Assembly: GCA_977017575.1 (NCBI GenBank)
Contig: CDRNVI010000015.1
Location: forward strand, 494,533-558,532
Origin: Paramoeba atlantica
Lineage: Eukaryota; Protista; Discosea
Direction of reading: 5' to 3'
DNA: 64,000 nt
Positions 58,240 through 64,000 of this stretch are shown piece after piece. The notes under the pieces were generated by a model. That model was not told the DNA's origin. It did no database searches and saw only the letters and a list, made by a program, of their open reading frames with translations. Every line of letters starts with the position of its first letter. Position 1 is the first letter of the stretch. A program made the translations under genes and the position numbers.

Positions 58240-58786
58240 CCAAGGTATGTCAAAACGCCACGGGCAGTCCTTGAGCGAACACGCTTCTGGGGCATAAAAA
58301 AGGAAACAAATCAAAATTTGCCATGTTTTTGAACAAAAAAACATCTTTTTTTTCGTCGGATTGATTATCTATAGTTGAGCGACCCGAGTCTGGAAAAGAC
58401 ATACAACTTTGTGAGAGCTCTCGAATGCGCTATTATTTTCCAAAATCTAACAATCTTTACAAATTTCAGACCCCCCAGATCGAAGTTGACACCCCTGTAT
58501 GAGAAGATCTGAGTTGCCCACGAGGTGCATAACAGAATCTACTCCTTAATAAAATAACGGAATTCTTCACCTTATTTTTAGAACACGGCCTCTTCTGGGT
58601 CATAGTCTTACAGTAGGATCAAAAAGGTCCCTAAATCCATAAACAAAAGCAGTTTTTTTTGAAAAAGCAAATTGCTTTGGAATTCTCTAAAAACTTTGAA
58701 ACTCGGTTTTATTATCGATTAGCCTTATTTCCTTTCTAAGGATATTTCTAGAAGCATCACTTTCTATAAATAAGCACTCTTTGTTC

Positions 58787-60340
58787 ATGTTTTTTCATAC
58801 TTACATCCTTACAAAGCGTGGCCCTTTTGCGAAAATCTGGTTGGCAGCGCATTGGGATCGCAAACTCACGAAAAATGATGTCCGTATGATTAATTTGTCT
58901 GAGACCGTGTTAAACATCATTGAGCCCGCTGTTCCTATTGCTTTACGTACTTCAGGTGAGCTTATGCTCGGTGTAGTGCGCGTTTATGGTCACAAAGTGC
59001 GTGTCCTTCTAAAGGAAGCACAAGACGTTGCTCAAGATTTGCTACGCAGTCACAAAGATGCTCTTCTTGTTGGTGTCACTGCAGCTGGAGGGAAAACAGT
59101 TATTGCAAAGGAAGTATCCTCTGCCGTGACGAACATGGATCCTCCTCCGCTAGATTTTCTAGCCACTCCTTTAGGAACTTTTGAGGCCGATTTCGACGCC
59201 ATTTCTAACCTTGTGCTTCCAAACAAGGTTGATCACGGACTCCGTACAATTCCACGTGCGATCCAACAGCAAGACATCACAGACGACTGGTTTCAACCCC
59301 CTGCCTCACAGTTCCAAGAAAATCTCGAGGATTTCTCCCAAGAGCTGAAATTCCCCCTCGGCGAGGACTCACGTGGTCGAGAAGAATCCATCCCCCTCAG
59401 TGAGCATTCCAAAAAATCCGGCTCCGTTCCCTCCATCGAAGAACTCCGTAAATCCGCCACAGCCCCACGCACTGCCGAATTCGACCGCCTCAACATGGAT
59501 ATTGGTCTTCCCCTCCCCGACGAGGAACTTCCCGAGTTCCCTGTCCTCCCCACCACCCCACCCCCTGCCGGTACCGATCTTCTTCTCGACACCCACGACA
59601 ACCCCCGAGAGGACATCTGGGCCGAGCCCCTGGGATCCGCAAAGAAACTGAAACGTACCCTCGGGGCGCGGCTGAATGTCGTGGACAACCGCGACACGAT
59701 GCTCTCCTCCGAGAGTTACCGCAGTGCCATGCGGGACCGCTCGGAGTTACTGCTGCCGTACTACCGCCAGGGCCCGCACAGCCTCCAGGACACCCGTCGC
59801 GTGCAGCGGCTGGAGCAGCAGTCGCTGCACCAGTCCCTGACGCTGCTCGGGGGACTGGAGGAGTGGGCCCCGATGCAGGGGTGGTACGAGGCCGCGGTAG
59901 CGGAGGGGCATGGGGAGAGGGTGTTCCCGGTCGCGGAGACCGGGAGACGATCCGCTCGTGGGGGAGGGGAGGGGGAGGGTGTGGAGATGGAGATGGCGCC
60001 ACCGGTGCCGGAGTTTGATATGACGGGCATGGGGGTACCGGAGTTGGCGACGTTGGAGGAGCCCGCGGCACCTCCGACGGGATTGGGAGAGGATGCGGCG
60101 ACACCTCCACGCGTGAGTAAGCGGGTCCGGGAGGAGAGTAATCCGGAACTTACGTTGAGTTCGTTTAAGAAAGCATCTAATGTAAATGGGGTGATGGTGT
60201 TTCGTATGGCGATGTCGGGGAAGACACGGACACAGGTTGCGCGGAGCTTTGCGGATGCATTGGTGTTGGCTTCTCGTGGGGAAGTTACGATACGGCAAGA
60301 GAAGCCATACGGAGAAATGTACGTTACAACAGTGGCTTAG
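58787..60340 (+). CDS. SCC1: Cohesin kleisin subunit SCC1/RAD21
   Basis: MFF..YILTKRGPFAKIWLAAHW; IALRTSGELMLGVVRVY..KV..LL.EA; C-terminal WH RTQVARSFADALVL...I.QEKPYGEM; SxExxR sites at 59432-49 and 59705-22. Confidence 0.93.
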   Translation: MFFHTYILTKRGPFAKIWLAAHWDRKLTKNDVRMINLSETVLNIIEPAVPIALRTSGELMLGVVRVYGHKVRVLLKEAQDVAQDLLRSHKDALLVGVTAAGGKTVIAKEVSSAVTNMDPPPLDFLATPLGTFEADFDAISNLVLPNKVDHGLRTIPRAIQQQDITDDWFQPPASQFQENLEDFSQELKFPLGEDSRGREESIPLSEHSKKSGSVPSIEELRKSATAPRTAEFDRLNMDIGLPLPDEELPEFPVLPTTPPPAGTDLLLDTHDNPREDIWAEPLGSAKKLKRTLGARLNVVDNRDTMLSSESYRSAMRDRSELLLPYYRQGPHSLQDTRRVQRLEQQSLHQSLTLLGGLEEWAPMQGWYEAAVAEGHGERVFPVAETGRRSARGGGEGEGVEMEMAPPVPEFDMTGMGVPELATLEEPAAPPTGLGEDAATPPRVSKRVREESNPELTLSSFKKASNVNGVMVFRMAMSGKTRTQVARSFADALVLASRGEVTIRQEKPYGEMYVTTVA

Positions 60341-60774
60341 GTCGAGGTAGTACTACGGATTGTTTTCATCGATTCATGAAAAACGTGTTTATTAACGCTT
60401 TTTACTTCTCAGCTGACGAAGAACAAAGAATAAAATTTAATATGAAATGTTTGATTGATGTGTTGAAATGTTGGCTTTTTTTCGGCTCAAAAAAAATGCT
60501 CCTGATTGCATTGATTTACATGTAGGTAGAGGTTTCTTGTGTATACGACGCGATACGAGTTTTTCTTTGATAATTTGTTTCACTTTGTTTTAAAGCTGTT
60601 TCTATCTTTTTTTAGACGCTTAGAGTTGCTTTATATTACGCCGTCAGTCTTCGACAAAATACGTAAGTTTACTAAACTCCATTGGATTCTTTTATACCGC
60701 GAATCAGTGCCGCGCATTATATGTCTTTCCTTCTCCCTTTTTTTCAACCCTTTCATCCTTTTTTTACATAAATT

Positions 60775-62166
60775 ATGAATTCTGTCCATGGGAAAAGATC
60801 GTTGAATCGGATACTTTTAAGTGCGGACTCTTCTTTTGCTCATGCTTTCCGTAGATCCATTCATATTCAGTCGATTCGCATGCCTTCGCTTTCCCCAACT
60901 ATGCAAGCAGGAACTCTTCTGTCTTGGAAGAAACAGGTTGGCGATTCCATTACTGGTGGCGACGTCTTTTGTGAAGTACAAACGGACAAAGCTACTATGG
61001 AGTTTGAAAACGTGTCGGAAAAGGGATTTTTAGCTCGGGTTCTTGTTGCAGACGGGACACCTGATGTTCCGGTAGGTAAAACGATTGCACTTCTGGTTGA
61101 AAATGCGAAACACCTCACTCATAAAGAAATCTCTGACTTTATTGTACAGGACTTAGATTTAGAATCTAAAAACGAAAGCGACACTCGAAATCATCCCATT
61201 CAAAGTGAGTCTTCTCCGGTAGAAACAGATAAGAAGTTCCAATCTTCGGAAACGGATAGGAACACTCGTATTTTCATATCTCCTTACGCCAAGACGCTCG
61301 CCCGTGAACTAGGAGTAAATTACGCGGAGGCAATCCCGACTGGGGGTGAAGGTCCACAGTACCGCATTACCGCTGACGACGTGCGTCGGCTTCATGCTAG
61401 ACAGTTAAACAAGTCTTCCCCCACAGCGGAGGACTCTGTTTTCCCTGAGGCCGTTCACCCGAAGTGCATGTCGACCTTGCCGTTTATCTCAATGCCTGTT
61501 ACAGAAGTTCGTCGTGCGATTGCCCGACGATTATCATACGCCCAATCGCATGTGCCTCAGTTTACCATTATGGAGGAGGTCTGCATGGAAGGGGCATATA
61601 AACTGATTGAGCACTATCGAAAAGAAAAAGGTGCACGACTCTCCGTCAATGATTACATTGTCAAGGCAGTTGCACAAGCATGTCTAAACGTTCCTGAAGC
61701 CAACACACATTGGGAAAGCGACACAGAAATGCGCCGCTATGATTCCGCGCATGTCTCCATTGCTGTTGCGACTCCAGCTGGGGTATTGGCACCCGTTCTG
61801 CGAAGCGTTGACACAAAGACTTTTGAGGAAATCTCCTGTGAGATACGCGCTCTCGCGTTAAAGGCAAGGCAGGGCTCACTTACTCCCTCTGAGATGAGCA
61901 ATGGAACCATAACAGTGAGTAACCTGGGAGGGTACGGCACCAAGGCTTTTACAGCGATGCTCAATTCTCCGCAAAGTGTCATTGTGGCTGTGGGTCGCGT
62001 GGAATGGCGGCCTGTGATAGATCAAAGAAGTGGGGAGATGGGAAATAGGGCGGAGAGGTTTTTGTCCCTGTGTGTCACATTTGACCATCGCGTTATCGAT
62101 GGAGATATCGGTGCACGTTTCGTAAAATATTTACGAGGCAACATAGAGACTTCTCTTGAGCATTGA
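60775..62166 (+). CDS. DLAT: Pyruvate dehydrogenase E2, dihydrolipoamide acetyltransferase
   Basis: Lipoyl domain MPSLSPTM...EVQTDKATM; E3-binding domain ISPYAKTLARELG; catalytic FDHRVIDG. Confidence 0.9.
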   Translation: MNSVHGKRSLNRILLSADSSFAHAFRRSIHIQSIRMPSLSPTMQAGTLLSWKKQVGDSITGGDVFCEVQTDKATMEFENVSEKGFLARVLVADGTPDVPVGKTIALLVENAKHLTHKEISDFIVQDLDLESKNESDTRNHPIQSESSPVETDKKFQSSETDRNTRIFISPYAKTLARELGVNYAEAIPTGGEGPQYRITADDVRRLHARQLNKSSPTAEDSVFPEAVHPKCMSTLPFISMPVTEVRRAIARRLSYAQSHVPQFTIMEEVCMEGAYKLIEHYRKEKGARLSVNDYIVKAVAQACLNVPEANTHWESDTEMRRYDSAHVSIAVATPAGVLAPVLRSVDTKTFEEISCEIRALALKARQGSLTPSEMSNGTITVSNLGGYGTKAFTAMLNSPQSVIVAVGRVEWRPVIDQRSGEMGNRAERFLSLCVTFDHRVIDGDIGARFVKYLRGNIETSLEH

Positions 62167-62404
62167 CATTAAAATAATCATGTTGGATGGACTAACTTCC
62201 CAAAATTCGTTTTTTTCAGTGCACCGTTTACTACTTTTCAACTTGTTTCCTACCAAATAGAGCCTGTATAACCTACTCAATATTTTTGTTTTCATTTTAT
62301 TATTATTATTATTCATTACTATATTTATGTTTATATTTTTCATTTCAGTTCAGAATTTCAGTTTCATTTATTTTAATTGGGTCTCACACTAGTGAAGGAC
62401 CGAT

Positions 62405-64000
62405 ATGCATTGCAGTGTGGTGCTTCGCCGCTGGATGGTTGTCGGATCCCAACCTCCTCCCCTTCCAGACTCCATCAACCGCATTGCTCCTTCATCCCCC
62501 GCTCTGACGACCACACCGATTTATGGACCGGGGCTTACGCCTCACGACCCTCTTTCACCTGTGACCTCTACAATATCCGAGATGCATGCCATTCGTCGCA
62601 TCGTAATGGACACTACGCAAATGAAGCGTACGCACCTGCAACGTCAAAATGAATCTTTAGCGCAGGAAGCGAGACGACGCATTGCATCTGTTAACGTCGC
62701 AGCCTCTGGGGGGACTGATTCTGTGGGAGCACTTTCCCCGAGGTCGGTGATTCAGCTTCTGGCCAATGCCTGCTACTTTGGGTTTAATTCTAATGACGCT
62801 ATTGTCCAGCAGTGCACAAAGTGGATACGCACCCATCTGGGTATGCTTAAGATGGAGGACATTGGGGCGGTGATTTTTGCGTGTGCTGCCGTGCAGTCAA
62901 AGGATGCGAAGCAGATCATTGAGTGTGTTGCCTCCCGAACAGATCGGGCATCGAAATATATGAACAGCTCTACCATTACGACCGTACTCTCTGCGTTTGC
63001 CAAGGTGCGGTATTCGAACGAAAAGCTTTTCTTTGGTCTTACGCGACGTATTATGACACTTTGTCGCATTGGGGGCTTTGAGAAGAATGAGTTTGTGCCG
63101 CTGTTGGATTCCGTTGCCAGGGCGCGCATCCGATCGACTCCTCTCACCACCGCGCTCATGTATCGCATTCAGTGTGGTACAGACCCTCTGATGTTTCCCC
63201 CAGAAGAAATGGTGATGGTCATCTACGCTTTTGCTAGACTGCGCCTACGTGACGAGAAATTTATAAAAAGGTTATCCGGGAGGACGATCGGAATGAGTGA
63301 GCACCTCAGCGCCCTACAACTTACCTCCGTGCTCAACAGCTTTTCCATACTGGGCTACAAATTCGAGAGCATGATCTCCGCCCTCACCACCCGATGCAGT
63401 GAAGTCATGAACGACTTCTCCGCTCGCTACGTCGCCATTGCGCTACAAAGTTTCCGTCGTCTCCACGTCAACTCCCCCGAACTCTTCGACGCCCTCGCCG
63501 AGCGTGCGCTCGCGGTGGTCCCCCAACACACCGCTCGCGACATCGCCGCCGTCGTAAGCTCCCTTGAATTCTTCAGTCTCGCGGACGAGGAGCTGTTCCA
63601 AAAACTCTCCGAGCACGCCCTCACCGTTGTCCACGACTTCTCCGCCCTCGGCATCGTCGAGGTCCTCCACGCCTTCGCGCGCATCCAATACCGCCACGTC
63701 CCCCTGCTCACCTGTCTCTGGGACCGCTGCCGTGAGCTCCTCCCCCTCTTCGACGCCTCCGGGGTACGCCGGGTGCTCTACAGCGTCGCGCGGTTCCAGG
63801 CCCACATCTCCCACCAGGCCCTCGCGAACGCCCTGTTCCAGCGCGCCCTCATCCTCCACCCCGAGCTGTTCCTCTCCCCCGAGAGCATCCAGGAGGCGGA
63901 CGTCGTGTTCCAGGTGTTCGGGAAGGAGTACTGCCCCGACCTGTACGCGTTCTTCCTCTCCCGCAGCGCGGCCATCGCGGCCTCCCCGCCCCCGCCCCCC
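62405..64000 (+). CDS. Helical-repeat (HPR/OPR/FASTK-like) protein, probably mitochondrial RNA-binding; runs off the window
   Basis: My translation from ATG 62405 is open to the end (MHCSVVLRRW...); ~37-aa repeats such as TTVLSAFAKVRYSNEKLF, MVIYAFARLRLRDEKFI, IALQSFRRLHVNSPELF, VEVLHAFARIQYRHVPLL. Confidence 0.78.
   Translation, partial: MHCSVVLRRWMVVGSQPPPLPDSINRIAPSSPALTTTPIYGPGLTPHDPLSPVTSTISEMHAIRRIVMDTTQMKRTHLQRQNESLAQEARRRIASVNVAASGGTDSVGALSPRSVIQLLANACYFGFNSNDAIVQQCTKWIRTHLGMLKMEDIGAVIFACAAVQSKDAKQIIECVASRTDRASKYMNSSTITTVLSAFAKVRYSNEKLFFGLTRRIMTLCRIGGFEKNEFVPLLDSVARARIRSTPLTTALMYRIQCGTDPLMFPPEEMVMVIYAFARLRLRDEKFIKRLSGRTIGMSEHLSALQLTSVLNSFSILGYKFESMISALTTRCSEVMNDFSARYVAIALQSFRRLHVNSPELFDALAERALAVVPQHTARDIAAVVSSLEFFSLADEELFQKLSEHALTVVHDFSALGIVEVLHAFARIQYRHVPLLTCLWDRCRELLPLFDASGVRRVLYSVARFQAHISHQALANALFQRALILHPELFLSPESIQEADVVFQVFGKEYCPDLYAFFLSRSAAIAASPPPPP

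Larger units (their letters stand above)
55093..58497 (-). mobile_element. Tc1/mariner-type composite element bounded by long imperfect TIRs, 3.4 kb
   Basis: TA CAGGGG (55091-98) and CCCCTG TA (58492-99); identical inverted 20-mer CGCATTCGAGAGCTCTCACA at 55159-78 and 58410-29, 66 and 68 bp from the ends; contains transposase remnants and an LRR pseudogene. Confidence 0.65.

Noticed and set aside
1-64000. SL RNA gene, rRNA or tRNA genes
   Set aside because: I did not find the conserved mini-exon (AACTAACGCT...GTTTCTGTACT) or tRNA/rRNA signatures by eye; an Infernal or tRNAscan run is needed to exclude them

Overview
Intron-less, gene-dense eukaryotic DNA from a kinetoplastid. Diagnostic genes are an MRP1/gBP21-like RNA-editing protein, a TbTim17-like translocase, leishmanolysin and a trypanosomatid-type STT3. 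About 30 intact protein-coding genes (roughly one per 2 kb) all lie on the + strand as one directional, probably polycistronic cluster. The compactness and a Merlin transposon fit a Perkinsela-like prokinetoplastid, but this is inference. Beyond housekeeping genes, the intergenic DNA holds DNA transposons that trypanosomatids lack. These are a dead Merlin element with 27-bp TIRs and an 8-bp TSD (14206-15471), five unrelated TA-flanked MITE families, and a truncated Tc1/mariner transposase inside a 3.4-kb TIR-bounded element that also carries an LRR pseudogene (55093-58497). Two non-genic signals recur: the palindrome TACATGTA (at least 19 copies, all intergenic, often just after stop codons) and GC-rich islands inside CDSs whose skew flips from C-rich to G-rich. 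All calls come from reading sequence and recalling motifs; no searches were run.
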